Of a stretch of DNA of 64,000 nucleotides, positions 1 to 10,019 are shown piece by piece (positions within the stretch are counted from its first letter, which is position 1; every line of letters starts with the position of its first letter). Location of the stretch: the IMG/VR virus record IMGVR_UViG_3300045988_087374; one strand, given 5' to 3'. Position numbers and translations under genes: made by a program. The notes under the pieces are model-generated. The model was not told the origin of the DNA and did no database searches. It saw only the letters and a list, made by a program, of their open reading frames with translations. The DNA is from a virus.

Positions 1-2
1 CT

Positions 3-785
3 CAGTGGGAGAAGAAAGTCGAATTTGCGATTGAGGGTGATGGAAACGATGCTCTTGTAAGTAGATATGGTGTCAATGTGGCTAAAGTATTTCCATATTG
101 GAAAGTCAGAGAGGGCGACAAATATACGCCGCCAAGACATAGAGGTGTGGAGATTACACCGCCGGAATGGGAAGAATCCGGAATTGGAAAAGTGGTTCGC
201 GTCGTATATCCGATTCAGTACAAGGACGGACATATTGAATATCTTTCTTGCGAAAGAGCAGATGTACTGAAGAATCTTGCAGCACATATCAAGAATAATC
301 TTCAGAATGAAACGTTTGGGATTTGTGCAGACAGATACAAAGCTACAGATGCACAGAAAGCTCAGATTGAAGCAAAGAAAAAAGAAATCATGAAAAAGGT
401 TGCTGATATTGGGGAACTGGAAGCAATTATTGATTGTGAGGAATTAAGACCGTACATTTCCCCGTCTTACTACGAAACACAGTCCAGAGAATCCATGATT
501 ATCCGTAAAATGCGTAACAACATTATGAAGTCTATTCCTAAGAAATGGGATAATTCGGTGCAGGCATATGAATATAACACGTTGGACGCTACATACAGGG
601 AAGTACAGGAAGAGATCGAACAGAATGCCAACAAAGAGGAATTTATTCCAGAACCAATGGCAATCGAGGAACAGCCGAAACAGCCGACAGTTGCAGAAGT
701 TGTACATTCAGCTGAGAAAGAACCAGTTCCGGCAGCAGTCGTGGAACCGGAAATTCCAGAATTCATGAAACAGGAGGAAATGTGA
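3..785 (+). CDS. hypothetical phage protein, 5'-truncated by window edge (track ORF 78..785 extends open to nt 3)
   Basis: same frame open from nt 3; acidic C-terminus; no motif recognised. Confidence 0.5.
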   Translation, partial: QWEKKVEFAIEGDGNDALVSRYGVNVAKVFPYWKVREGDKYTPPRHRGVEITPPEWEESGIGKVVRVVYPIQYKDGHIEYLSCERADVLKNLAAHIKNNLQNETFGICADRYKATDAQKAQIEAKKKEIMKKVADIGELEAIIDCEELRPYISPSYYETQSRESMIIRKMRNNIMKSIPKKWDNSVQAYEYNTLDATYREVQEEIEQNANKEEFIPEPMAIEEQPKQPTVAEVVHSAEKEPVPAAVVEPEIPEFMKQEEM

Positions 786-786
786 T

Positions 787-1392
787 ATGAACAATAAAGA
801 AATTTTACAGAAAGCAAAGGAACTGGTTGAACTTCTGGAAAAGCAGGAAGAAACTGAAAAGATTGAGTTGTCAACACTGAAACGAGGAGAAGTATTTCAG
901 ACCACTGGAAAGCGTAAATACAAGGTTCTGGAACAGTATGGAGATACAACGAAAATTATTTCACTTGATCTGGTGAAAAAAAATGTGGAATTCGGAGACA
1001 ACACGGATTACAACAAATCAAATGTAAAGAAGTTATGCGACACAGAAATCTTAAAGGATTTTGAGGAAGAATTTGGTGCTGAAAGCATCGAAGAGCATAC
1101 GGTAGATATTATTACCGTGGATGGACAGAAAGTCGGAAGTGTAAAATGTAAAATCCGTCCAATTACATTTGATGAAGCACGAGAATACACAGATATTACA
1201 CCGAACAATGATCTGAACGACTGGTATTGGACGTTGTCGCCATGGTCGACAGAAGAACGTGGTTGGAGTAAAAGCTTGGCCGTTGTTTCCCCTTCGGGCT
1301 ATATCTTCAGCGTCAATTACGTCAACGCTAATGGTGTTCGCCCAGTTTGTATCTTAAAATCTAATATCTTTGTATCTAAGGTGGAGGAATGA
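787..1392 (+). CDS. DGR-1 target protein A (WYWTLSPWS...VVSPSG...NGVRPV C-terminal variable domain)
   Basis: 201 aa; C-terminal 22 codons coincide with VR-a; paralog of next ORF. Confidence 0.85.
   Translation: MNNKEILQKAKELVELLEKQEETEKIELSTLKRGEVFQTTGKRKYKVLEQYGDTTKIISLDLVKKNVEFGDNTDYNKSNVKKLCDTEILKDFEEEFGAESIEEHTVDIITVDGQKVGSVKCKIRPITFDEAREYTDITPNNDLNDWYWTLSPWSTEERGWSKSLAVVSPSGYIFSVNYVNANGVRPVCILKSNIFVSKVEE
1279..1345 (+). repeat. DGR-1 variable repeat VR-a
   Basis: aligns to TR 2391-2457; 12 differences, all at TR adenines. Confidence 0.9.
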
Positions 1393-1994
1393 TTATGAAG
1401 AAAAATCTGAAATATTTCGAGAATGAATTATCTCGGTTGAATAAAGAATTTGCAGATTATAAGAAAAAATATATCGGAACACCGGAAATTGGAAAAGTTA
1501 TTGAACTTGCTGGAATGGATTGGCTGATTCTGGATAAGACAGAAAAAGGATATTTTGCCATTTTGAATGGATTTGATGAAAAAGAAAGAACATTTGATTC
1601 AACTTCAAATAACTGGATTACAAGTAAACTGAGAAATGAGTTAAATGCTCGTTTTCTTAAAAAAATTACGGACGAGCTTGGGAAAGATGCAGTTATTGAG
1701 TTTGATCGAGATTTACTTTCTATGGACGGCCAGACGGAATACGGACATTGTAAAGATAAGATTTCATTTTTGACGGTTGATGAATACCGAAAATACAGAA
1801 AATTACTTACAAATATGGATAAATGGTGGTGGCTGCTTACTCCATGGAGTACACCAGTAAATGATTTCAGCACAACAATTACCGTTGTTTCCCCTTCGGG
1901 CTTTATCTACAACGACGGTTACGACTACGTAAATGGTGTTCGCCCAGTTTGTATCTTTTCTTCTTCAATCTTTGAATCAGGAAGTGATGATTAA
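1389..1994 (+). CDS. DGR-1 target protein B (paralog of A)
   Basis: 201 aa; WWWLLTPWS...VVSPSGFIYNDGYDYVNGVRPV; ATGA overlap with previous ORF. Confidence 0.85.
   Translation: MIMKKNLKYFENELSRLNKEFADYKKKYIGTPEIGKVIELAGMDWLILDKTEKGYFAILNGFDEKERTFDSTSNNWITSKLRNELNARFLKKITDELGKDAVIEFDRDLLSMDGQTEYGHCKDKISFLTVDEYRKYRKLLTNMDKWWWLLTPWSTPVNDFSTTITVVSPSGFIYNDGYDYVNGVRPVCIFSSSIFESGSDD
1878..1947 (+). repeat. DGR-1 variable repeat VR-b
   Basis: aligns to TR 2388-2457 (offset 510); 11 differences, all at TR adenines. Confidence 0.9.
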
Positions 1995-2365
1995 TGGCAA
2001 ATGAAGACTTAAAGGTAATAACAAAGGCTAAGCAGCTCGCAAAGCATACATTAATAGTTACCAGCAATTGCAGACGATATCCAAAGAAATACAGGTTTTC
2101 GTTGGTAGATAAGATGCAAAATAAAGCATTAGAAATCTATGAGTTGCTTTTTGAAGCCAACCGAACTGATCTGAAAGATTATAAAAGAGAACGGTTAGAA
2201 CTGCAAACAAAAGCTATTACTTATTGCGATGAGTTGATGTACTTTATAGAACTTTCATATGAATTAGGAATTATCAATTCCGGTGGAATGGAAGCATGGT
2301 CGCAAATGGTAAAAGATATAAAGTACATGACTATTTCATGGAGAACAAAAGACAGAAAAAGATAA
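1994..2365 (+). CDS. avd: accessory variability determinant (Avd-like four-helix-bundle protein)
   Basis: 123 aa, basic, helical, sits between DGR target and TR/RT as in canonical DGRs. Confidence 0.7.
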   Translation: MANEDLKVITKAKQLAKHTLIVTSNCRRYPKKYRFSLVDKMQNKALEIYELLFEANRTDLKDYKRERLELQTKAITYCDELMYFIELSYELGIINSGGMEAWSQMVKDIKYMTISWRTKDRKR

Positions 2366-2387
2366 TTTTCACAGGTTATGCACTGCG

Positions 2388-2457
2388 AATACCGTTGTTT
2401 CCCCTTCGGGCAATATCAACAACAACAATTACAACAACGAAAATGGTGTTCGCCCAA
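2388..2457 (+). repeat. DGR-1 template repeat (TR)
   Basis: non-coding copy of VR-a/VR-b; AAY-rich (aacaacaacaattacaacaac); intergenic between avd and RT. Confidence 0.9.
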
Positions 2458-2560
2458 CATGGATCACATGCAGACAGAGTAAGCGTAAAGCTGAAATCAG
2501 AAAAGATACAAGCAAATGCATAACCTTTTCGCAATGGACAAATATAAAGGAACAAAATAA

Positions 2561-3580
2561 ATGGATAAAGAAATTGTTGCAAATTTTGAGAATTTATATC
2601 GTTCTTACAAAAAGGTTAAGAGCGGCAAGAGATTTAATTCAGGTACTGCAAGATTTTCTAATTTGTCTCTTGAAGGCCTTCATCTCTTGAAAGAACAATT
2701 GGAAAGTCAAACGTATACCATAAATCCGTATAATAAATTTCAAATTCATGAGCCAAAAGAGCGAACGATAGAATCATGTGCATTTAAGGACAAAGTAGTG
2801 CAGAGATGCTTTTCTGATTACATTCTGACACCGAAACTTGAAAATATCCTGATTAAATGGAACACTGCCGGGCAGCAAGGAAAAGGACAACACATGGCAA
2901 TGGACGGGTTAAGAAATCAAATGTTGGATTTCTATAAAAGAAATGGAATGAATAGTTGGATTGTAAAATGTGATATTCACAAATACTTTTATTGCATAGA
3001 CCATGAAATCATGAAAGATGTTTTGGATTATTACTTTGATGATGATTTTACAGTCTGGTTGAACCATTTGTTTATTGACAGTACAGGTAATCCCGGGCTT
3101 CCATTAGGAAATCAGGTAAATCAGAAGTACGCATTGTTGCTTTTACATTCACTGGATCAGATGATAACGATTGAATTTGGAAATCCATATTACGGACGAT
3201 ACAACGATGATTTTTATGTGATTTGTAAAACGAAAGAAGATGCCAGAGAAATTCTCGAAGCAATCCGAATGATGATTGAAAGTCTTAGACTGGAATTAAA
3301 CCCTAAATCACAAATTGTACCATTTCGCATGGGATTGTGTTATCTGGGCTTTCATCATTACGTGACTGATGAAGGAAAATATATCAGAAAATTGCGTGGT
3401 GATAAGAAAAGAAAAACACAGAGAAAAATCCGAAGATGGGTACGGGCAGTGAATGACGGGAAGATGTCGATGGAAAAATTCCATGAAAAATACGGATCAT
3501 GCAAGAATCATATGCTTCATGGAAATTGCACCAAACTATGTCATAGTATGGATTTAGAAATTGAAAGGAGAATGAAGTGA
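2561..3580 (+). CDS. DGR-type reverse transcriptase
   Basis: 339 aa; RT motifs incl. LPLGNQVNQ (GxxxSQ-like) and YGRYNDDF (YxDD). Confidence 0.9.
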   Translation: MDKEIVANFENLYRSYKKVKSGKRFNSGTARFSNLSLEGLHLLKEQLESQTYTINPYNKFQIHEPKERTIESCAFKDKVVQRCFSDYILTPKLENILIKWNTAGQQGKGQHMAMDGLRNQMLDFYKRNGMNSWIVKCDIHKYFYCIDHEIMKDVLDYYFDDDFTVWLNHLFIDSTGNPGLPLGNQVNQKYALLLLHSLDQMITIEFGNPYYGRYNDDFYVICKTKEDAREILEAIRMMIESLRLELNPKSQIVPFRMGLCYLGFHHYVTDEGKYIRKLRGDKKRKTQRKIRRWVRAVNDGKMSMEKFHEKYGSCKNHMLHGNCTKLCHSMDLEIERRMK

Positions 3581-3927
3581 GATTAATTAGTCAGAATGGG
3601 GAATTTGATGTTCCTTATGAAATTACACCATTGAGCAGAACTGGAAATATTATAAGGATATATATTCCGATTTCCGGCGAAAAAGGAACGATTATGGCGG
3701 CATACTCCACAGAAAAAAAGGCTGAAAAAGCTATGGAGATGTTGCGTAAAGTGTATACAGGAATGTTTCTTGCGCAAAATGTTGAAATGAGCGATGACGA
3801 TTACGAGGAATGTATAAAAATGGCTGCAAGAGGTTTTGGAATCATCAAAACAATGGTTAACAGTCCAGATATCAAATTTGAACCGGCAAACATCGTGTTT
3901 AGATTTCCTAAGGATGATGAAGTATAA
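3577..3927 (+). CDS. hypothetical protein
   Basis: 116 aa, start overlaps RT stop. Confidence 0.6.
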   Translation: MRLISQNGEFDVPYEITPLSRTGNIIRIYIPISGEKGTIMAAYSTEKKAEKAMEMLRKVYTGMFLAQNVEMSDDDYEECIKMAARGFGIIKTMVNSPDIKFEPANIVFRFPKDDEV

Positions 3928-3952
3928 ATCTTGATATAGAAAAGGAGACATT

Positions 3953-4582
3953 ATGAGTTATAGCAGTTTAGTAGTTATCACTCCGGATTACTATGGAAAG
4001 GAAAAAGAAATTTTTAGAAACTCATGGTTATTTTCACCTATTATCTTGGATGTTTTGACTGAGAAATATATTCCTTACGGAGAACTTTTCAGACATGGAT
4101 ATAAAAGAAACGTGATTTACGACAGAAAACTTTTCAAAGAGCTTAACAGCATTATAAACGATTGTCAGGACACACCAGATCGTATTTTATGGGAACTGTC
4201 TAATCAGCAGATTTTCTTCACGAAAGACAAAGATTTTATCGAAGAGTGCATTTATGCCTTTCTCAAACAGAATGAAAACTACTGCGCCGATTATGACAGC
4301 GAAAACCACATTCCAGTTTTAAAAATAAAACATATTCTGGAAAGGTTTTGCGATATTGCACATCATATCAAAACGCTTGAAGTAGAAGAAACACCATACT
4401 TTGTATTTAAGAACACATCGGTTGACGATAGTGTATCTAATTGGTTCTCTTGTTTTAATGAGAACACCGGGAAATGGGAATATTCTAAATTAAGTGAGAA
4501 CAAAGATTTTTGTGCAGAATTTGTAGTGATTGAAGATAACAAAATAAAACAATTTATCAGTAATCTGGATTACAAATATTAA
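3953..4582 (+). CDS. hypothetical protein
   Basis: 209 aa; AAGGAG RBS. Confidence 0.6.
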   Translation: MSYSSLVVITPDYYGKEKEIFRNSWLFSPIILDVLTEKYIPYGELFRHGYKRNVIYDRKLFKELNSIINDCQDTPDRILWELSNQQIFFTKDKDFIEECIYAFLKQNENYCADYDSENHIPVLKIKHILERFCDIAHHIKTLEVEETPYFVFKNTSVDDSVSNWFSCFNENTGKWEYSKLSENKDFCAEFVVIEDNKIKQFISNLDYKY

Positions 4583-4616
4583 TGCAAAAACAATGTAGAA
4601 AAAGAGGTGATGTCAT

Positions 4617-5384
4617 TTGTTCATGCGAGTAATTTCAACAGGAAGTACTAAAGGAAATTGTTACGCTTTGCAGGCAAGTACAGGCGAGATTATTCTTCTT
4701 GACTGCGGATGCAATTACAAGAAAATCCTTAGAGGGATTGACTACCAGATAAGCAATGTTGAAGCTGTACTTCTTTCACATGGGCACGGAGATCACACCG
4801 AAGCATTCAAGGAAATAATGAATGCAGGCATTCAGATTTACGCCAATGACGAGACCGTTGAGGACATGAACGTCCGAACAGGCGAACTGATGAAAGGCGT
4901 TCCAGAAAGATACCCATTTAGAGTTGGTTCGTTTATCGTGACTCCATTTGAGCTGCCGCATACGACATATGATAAAGAAGCAAAAATACTTATTCCGTGT
5001 CCAAACTACGGCTATCTGGTACAGCATGAAGAAATGGGAAAACTCCTGTATATGACCGATTTCGAATTCTGCAACTATAGTTTCCGCAGAATGCAAGTTG
5101 AGCATCTGGTAATTGAGTGCAATTACTGCGAAGAATTGGTGAATAGGTCAGAAGCTAACTACAGGCACCGAATAAAAGGGCATTGTTCTTTGTCAACTTG
5201 CAAGCAATTCATTAAGCAAAACCGCACAGAATCACTTCGGACGGTAACACTGGTACATTTGAGTGGTCAAGCGTCAGATGCCCGTAAAATACAGCAAGAA
5301 ATACAGGAAGTCACAGGAAACAATGTTCTGGTTCAGATCGGACGGGCTGGACTGGAAGTCGACTTGAATTTGTGCCCGTTCTGA
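4617..5384 (+). CDS. metallo-beta-lactamase-fold hydrolase
   Basis: LLSHGHGDH (HxHxDH) motif. Confidence 0.75.
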   Translation: MFMRVISTGSTKGNCYALQASTGEIILLDCGCNYKKILRGIDYQISNVEAVLLSHGHGDHTEAFKEIMNAGIQIYANDETVEDMNVRTGELMKGVPERYPFRVGSFIVTPFELPHTTYDKEAKILIPCPNYGYLVQHEEMGKLLYMTDFEFCNYSFRRMQVEHLVIECNYCEELVNRSEANYRHRIKGHCSLSTCKQFIKQNRTESLRTVTLVHLSGQASDARKIQQEIQEVTGNNVLVQIGRAGLEVDLNLCPF

Positions 5385-5398
5385 AAGGAGAAATTTTT

Positions 5399-5515
5399 AT
5401 GGAAATGCTAGACTGTAGCAAATGTAGATTCCGTAATTGCTGTACGTTGGCATGGGATTACGGTTCACTTTACTGTAACGACTATGAGGAGGAAGATACA
5501 TGGAACATTTCTTAG
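5399..5515 (+). CDS. small Cys-rich hypothetical protein (38 aa)
   Basis: AAGGAG RBS 7 nt upstream; below the track length cut-off. Confidence 0.3.
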   Translation: MEMLDCSKCRFRNCCTLAWDYGSLYCNDYEEEDTWNIS

Positions 5516-5659
5516 AATCACTCGAAAAACTAAAGAAACCGTCAACTCACAGTAATCCAGAGAAAGTTGACCCGTTGTTCTGTCGGTATAACAAGGGTTG
5601 GAATGATGCAATCGAAAAGGTCGAGAAACTGTTTGCAACGATTTCTAAGGAGAAGAAAC

Positions 5660-6082
5660 ATGAATAAAGTAATTTTGATCGGACGTTTAATCAAAGATCC
5701 AGATGTCCGAATGGGAACAAACGATACTAAGATTGCCAGATATACACTTGCAGTCAACCGCAAGTATCACAAAAACAATGAACCCACAGCTGATTTTATC
5801 GGCTGTGTGGCTCTTGGAAAGAATGGTGAATTTGCTGAGAAGTATCTGTACAAAGGAATCAAAATCGCAGTCGCCGGAAGAATTCAGACCGGCAGTTATA
5901 CTAATCGCGATGGGCAGAAAGTGTATACCACTGACGTATTAATCGAAGAACAGGAATTTGCGGAAAGTAAGAAGAGCCAGTCAGAAGAACAGCGTCCACC
6001 GATTCCGAGCCCAGAACAGGGTGCAGATGATTTTATGAGTGTTCCGGCATTCACAGAAGATGATGAACTTCCGTTTAGTTAA
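5660..6082 (+). CDS. ssb: single-stranded DNA-binding protein
   Basis: MNKVILIGRL..., OB-fold pattern, acidic tail DDELPF; AAGGAG RBS; the track start at 5567 is probably too early. Confidence 0.9.
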   Translation: MNKVILIGRLIKDPDVRMGTNDTKIARYTLAVNRKYHKNNEPTADFIGCVALGKNGEFAEKYLYKGIKIAVAGRIQTGSYTNRDGQKVYTTDVLIEEQEFAESKKSQSEEQRPPIPSPEQGADDFMSVPAFTEDDELPFS

Positions 6083-6092
6083 GGAGTAAGAA

Positions 6093-7502
6093 ATGAAGTT
6101 TATAGATTTTTTCGCAGGAATCGGAGGATTTCGCAGAGGAATGGAATTAGCGGGGCATGAATGCGTTGGTTTTTGCGAATTCGATAAATTTGCTACTGCG
6201 AGTTACATCTCAATGCACTTACTGACAGAAGAGCAGCGAAAGACATTGGAAGATATTCCTATCAAGAAAAGACAGAAAGAAATATTAAAGGAGGAATACA
6301 GAAATGGAGAATGGTATGCAAATGACATTAGAAGAGTGTATGCCGAAGACATTCCCAAAGCAGACTGCTGGTGCTTCGGGTTCCCCTGTCAGGACATATC
6401 CGTTGCAGGAAAGCAAGCTGGATTTCAAGGAAACCGTTCAAGCCTGTTTTTCAGAGTTATGTACCTTGTCAGACAACTCAAAGAAGAAGATAAACCCACT
6501 TACCTTTTCATTGAGAACGTTAAAAATTTGCTTAGTGTTAATGGAGGATGGGATTTCGCCAGACTGCTCATTGAAATGGAGCGGCAGGGGTATGATGCAG
6601 AATGGCAGGTGCTCAACTCCAAAGATTTCGGAGTGCCGCAAAACCGGGAAAGATGTTTTATTATCGGACATCTTAGAGGGGGAAGTACCTCAAAAGTATT
6701 TCCTATCGAAGGAACAGACGGAAAAAATAGTATTCAAATAATTGCACATAAAGACGGATATAGAAGAAATACGCAAGTGTTTGGACCTGATGGAATTACC
6801 GAGACTCTTGATACCGGACAAGGTGGTGGAAGAGGACATCATGTAGCATTGCCGTGTTTTATTGATTTAAGTTATAAAAAAACAGAGCTAACCAATAAGG
6901 CAAGGTGCTTACAAGACAGATACAACAAAGGAATTGCAAATCATAAAGCCGAAGTAAGCGGAGTTGCAATTCCAGTTCTCACGCCAGATCGTGCAGAAAA
7001 ACGTCAGAATGGCAGACGATTCAAAGATGATGGCGAGCCGATGTTTACGCTTACGAGTCAAGACAGACATGGCGTAGCAGTTGAACCAATCGGGATACTG
7101 AGAAATGTTCGCACAGAATATGGAAAAGAAATCCGCAAGGATTACGAAAGTGGAAAACTTGATATTTCCAGACATGAATTTCTTGCTAATGAAATCAGAG
7201 AAGATGGAATTGCAAATACCTTAGATACAAGCTGCAATCAAGGAATATTCGTGCAGATATCGGAAGAATTAACGGTATATGCAGTCTGGCATGAAAAATA
7301 TCAGTGTTACATAGCAATCAGAAAGCTGACACCGAAAGAATGTTTTCGGCTGCAAGGCTGGCCCGATGATTATTTTGAGAAAGCTCAGTTTGTTAATTCT
7401 GACAGCCAGTTATACAAGCAGGCGGGAAACGGAGTAACTGTATCAGTGATTAAAACAATTGCGGGAAAATTAAAAATATCTTGCGAACAACAAAGCCAGT
7501 AG
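6093..7502 (+). CDS. DNA (cytosine-5)-methyltransferase
   Basis: FAGIGG (motif I), GFPCQDIS (IV), ENVKNL (VI), QNRER (VIII), GNGVTV (X). Confidence 0.9.
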   Translation: MKFIDFFAGIGGFRRGMELAGHECVGFCEFDKFATASYISMHLLTEEQRKTLEDIPIKKRQKEILKEEYRNGEWYANDIRRVYAEDIPKADCWCFGFPCQDISVAGKQAGFQGNRSSLFFRVMYLVRQLKEEDKPTYLFIENVKNLLSVNGGWDFARLLIEMERQGYDAEWQVLNSKDFGVPQNRERCFIIGHLRGGSTSKVFPIEGTDGKNSIQIIAHKDGYRRNTQVFGPDGITETLDTGQGGGRGHHVALPCFIDLSYKKTELTNKARCLQDRYNKGIANHKAEVSGVAIPVLTPDRAEKRQNGRRFKDDGEPMFTLTSQDRHGVAVEPIGILRNVRTEYGKEIRKDYESGKLDISRHEFLANEIREDGIANTLDTSCNQGIFVQISEELTVYAVWHEKYQCYIAIRKLTPKECFRLQGWPDDYFEKAQFVNSDSQLYKQAGNGVTVSVIKTIAGKLKISCEQQSQ

Positions 7503-7518
7503 AAAGGAAAACAATTAA

Positions 7519-7944
7519 ATGAAACCAGTTTTGGAAACAAAATCTACATACAAAGGTTATCCATATGTGGTTCTGTTTATGCCCGGAGCATACAGATGCG
7601 GATATGTTGGAGTACCTTACAGTCACAAGTTAGCGAAGAAAAGTGTTAATAAGTTAAGTCATCTTAGATGCCATGGTGGAGTTGCCTACGCAGAATCGCA
7701 TTTATATAATTGCGATGATAAAGATACATGGTGGATTGGATTTGATTGCGCTCATTGTTTTGATGGATATGATATTGAGTTAGCGAAGCAGTATTTCGGG
7801 GGCAAACCAGGTTTCAAAATGATGCTTCAGGCAGCGGAAGATTTATGGGAAAAGGCAAACAAAGATCCAGAAACTGAAATCCGTTCGCTTGCTTACGTCA
7901 AAGATGAGTGCAAGAAACTCATTGACCAGATTAAAAAGGAGTAA
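7519..7944 (+). CDS. hypothetical protein
   Basis: 141 aa ORF with RBS. Confidence 0.6.
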   Translation: MKPVLETKSTYKGYPYVVLFMPGAYRCGYVGVPYSHKLAKKSVNKLSHLRCHGGVAYAESHLYNCDDKDTWWIGFDCAHCFDGYDIELAKQYFGGKPGFKMMLQAAEDLWEKANKDPETEIRSLAYVKDECKKLIDQIKKE

Positions 7945-7950
7945 TACCGG

Positions 7951-8553
7951 GTGGATTATAGAAAAGACATTGATGTGGACTACAGAAAAGTTTTTGCAAT
8001 GAAGCAAGAGCGAGAAAACAGAATACAAAAGATATGTCCAAACATTCCGAATTCTAGTGGCATATATGCTTTTTACAGGGTGGATGAAGCTGGAATTAGG
8101 CGCAGTTACGTGGGACAGGCGCTTAGACTTCGTGAGAGATGCGCGAGCCATTTAGCAGAATATGACCACATAGCATTAAGCCTTAAAAAGCATAAGTTTT
8201 ACAGTGAAAGCAATCCTACTGGTTGGAAACTTGCATACAGAACTTGCCCCAAAAGTGAGCTTGACCAAAAAGAAATTGAAACGATCAAGGCTTTTGCAGA
8301 TAAAGGTTTCCAGATGTACAACATTACAGCCGGTGGACAGTCAACTGGTAAGCAAGTAACAGGACAGTACAAACCGCCTAAGACATATAGACAAGGTATA
8401 CAGCAAGGCAAAATAACCCTTGCAAGAGAATTAAAGCATATTATTGATATTCACTTAGAAGTATCAATCAGACCAGAGAAAACAAACAATAAGGTGTCCA
8501 TAAAGGCACTCGAAAAATTCAACAATCTTCTTGATGAAGACTCTTACAAATGA
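7951..8553 (+). CDS. GIY-YIG domain protein
   Basis: GIYAFY...(13 aa)...YVGQA pattern. Confidence 0.6.
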   Translation: MDYRKDIDVDYRKVFAMKQERENRIQKICPNIPNSSGIYAFYRVDEAGIRRSYVGQALRLRERCASHLAEYDHIALSLKKHKFYSESNPTGWKLAYRTCPKSELDQKEIETIKAFADKGFQMYNITAGGQSTGKQVTGQYKPPKTYRQGIQQGKITLARELKHIIDIHLEVSIRPEKTNNKVSIKALEKFNNLLDEDSYK

Positions 8554-8703
8554 TAAAGCTGCCGGTTCCGGCAGAGATAAAACTCCATACAAAAGATAAT
8601 TACAACTGAATAATGCACACCCTCTGGGACTGTAACAGTGCGACTCGCTTCCTGGCATAGCACGCTATCCATTCTCGGAGGGTAAAAGAAACGAGGTAAT
8701 CAT

Positions 8704-8970
8704 ATGGTAAGTAAGTATAACACCGAAAGAAAGTATCGCGAGGGGCAGGAGAACCGCAAAGAAATCTTTAAGTTTATTGAAGATTACATCGAACTTCACG
8801 GATATTTCCAATCAAACCGCGAAATTGAAGAAACCACCGGATTGTCCAAAGCGACCGTACAAAGGCATATGAAGAAGTTCGAACTTGACGGAATTATTGC
8901 AACTGAACACCCAAACACACCACGGGCATATCGGCTCGTAGGATATGAATACAGGAGAGTAAGAGGATGA
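8704..8970 (+). CDS. winged-helix DNA-binding protein
   Basis: ETTGLSKATVQRHMKKFELDGII HTH-like segment. Confidence 0.55.
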   Translation: MVSKYNTERKYREGQENRKEIFKFIEDYIELHGYFQSNREIEETTGLSKATVQRHMKKFELDGIIATEHPNTPRAYRLVGYEYRRVRG

Positions 8971-9218
8971 AATTGTATAGTGTTTTCGACAATGACCAGT
9001 GGGTTGCGGATATGACAGCAGATGATATTGCTGAGATGATCGGATACACCAGAGAGCAGGTTATCCGTGCAGTTGCAAATGCATCGGTGATTAATGATAG
9101 ATATACGTTTGTGTACGATGGCGACACCATTGTAACAGGAAATACGCCGAATGACCGTAGACTCTTAAAGGAATTCATTCTGGCTACATTTCAGATAAAA
9201 GGATTGGTGGGAGCATGA
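8967..9218 (+). CDS. hypothetical protein
   Basis: overlapping stop/start chain. Confidence 0.55.
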   Translation: MKLYSVFDNDQWVADMTADDIAEMIGYTREQVIRAVANASVINDRYTFVYDGDTIVTGNTPNDRRLLKEFILATFQIKGLVGA

Positions 9219-9658
9219 ACAGAGCAGAGAGAAGGAGACAGCAGAAAGCAGCTGAGAAAACACGCTTAAATGCACCGTACAATTTCAGCAATTTCAGTCT
9301 GGAACAAATATCAAAGGCAACAGGGGCAAGGGTTGAGTCTTTGAAATTGTATCTGATGCAACGTGAAGATGAAATGCGAGAAGCGTTAATTAAAGAATCA
9401 CAGGAAAAGCTGTGGAAAGCAGAGGACTATATTGCAGTTGCAAATGTTCTTATCAGTTTGTTTGCAATTAAGAAAACGTGGAAGTTCACAAAAGCAAACC
9501 AGAGATTTCTGGAGAATCTGAATTCCGCGATGGAATACGTTGAAAAAATTGGAGTCGAAAAAGCATATCAGGAAGCAAAAGAAACAATGGAGATTGAACT
9601 TGAGTTTGATTCCATGGACATAAATAAAGAATTCGGTTTCGGAGAAAGAGAGGATTAA
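9215..9658 (+). CDS. hypothetical protein
   Basis: 147 aa, coupled starts. Confidence 0.55.
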   Translation: MNRAERRRQQKAAEKTRLNAPYNFSNFSLEQISKATGARVESLKLYLMQREDEMREALIKESQEKLWKAEDYIAVANVLISLFAIKKTWKFTKANQRFLENLNSAMEYVEKIGVEKAYQEAKETMEIELEFDSMDINKEFGFGERED

Positions 9659-9660
9659 TC

Positions 9661-10002
9661 ATGGCAGAGAATTGCAATGAATGCAGTATCGCGTGGATTC
9701 GCGGTGGTGAGTATGCAGAGGTGTCGGCGTACAGTGGGAGCAAATTAAAAGGGAGAGTCCTTAAATTATCAGAACAGTTCCCGGATGATGTGAAGATTCT
9801 GGCTACGAACAAAGACGGTTCAATTTTTGCTCATATTCCGGCTAAGTATGTGAAATTACGTGCACCGAAAATTTTGACGGAAGAGCAGAGAGCGGAACTG
9901 ATCGAGCGAGGCAAGAGTATGTCGAGAAGCAAAGCAATTGATTGTGAAGAAACGTCAGATTTCGATTCTGACGATGATAACGAGGAAATGTTCACGTTTT
10001 AA
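9661..10002 (+). CDS. hypothetical protein
   Basis: 113 aa. Confidence 0.55.
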   Translation: MAENCNECSIAWIRGGEYAEVSAYSGSKLKGRVLKLSEQFPDDVKILATNKDGSIFAHIPAKYVKLRAPKILTEEQRAELIERGKSMSRSKAIDCEETSDFDSDDDNEEMFTF

Positions 10003-10019
10003 AGAAAGGCGGTTTTAAG

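Noticed and set aside
2296-2523. 75-aa track ORF spanning the avd-RT intergenic region
   Set aside because: It is simply the translation of the DGR-1 template repeat (…IPLFPLRAISTTTITTTKMVFAQ…). It has no RBS, and TRs are non-coding.
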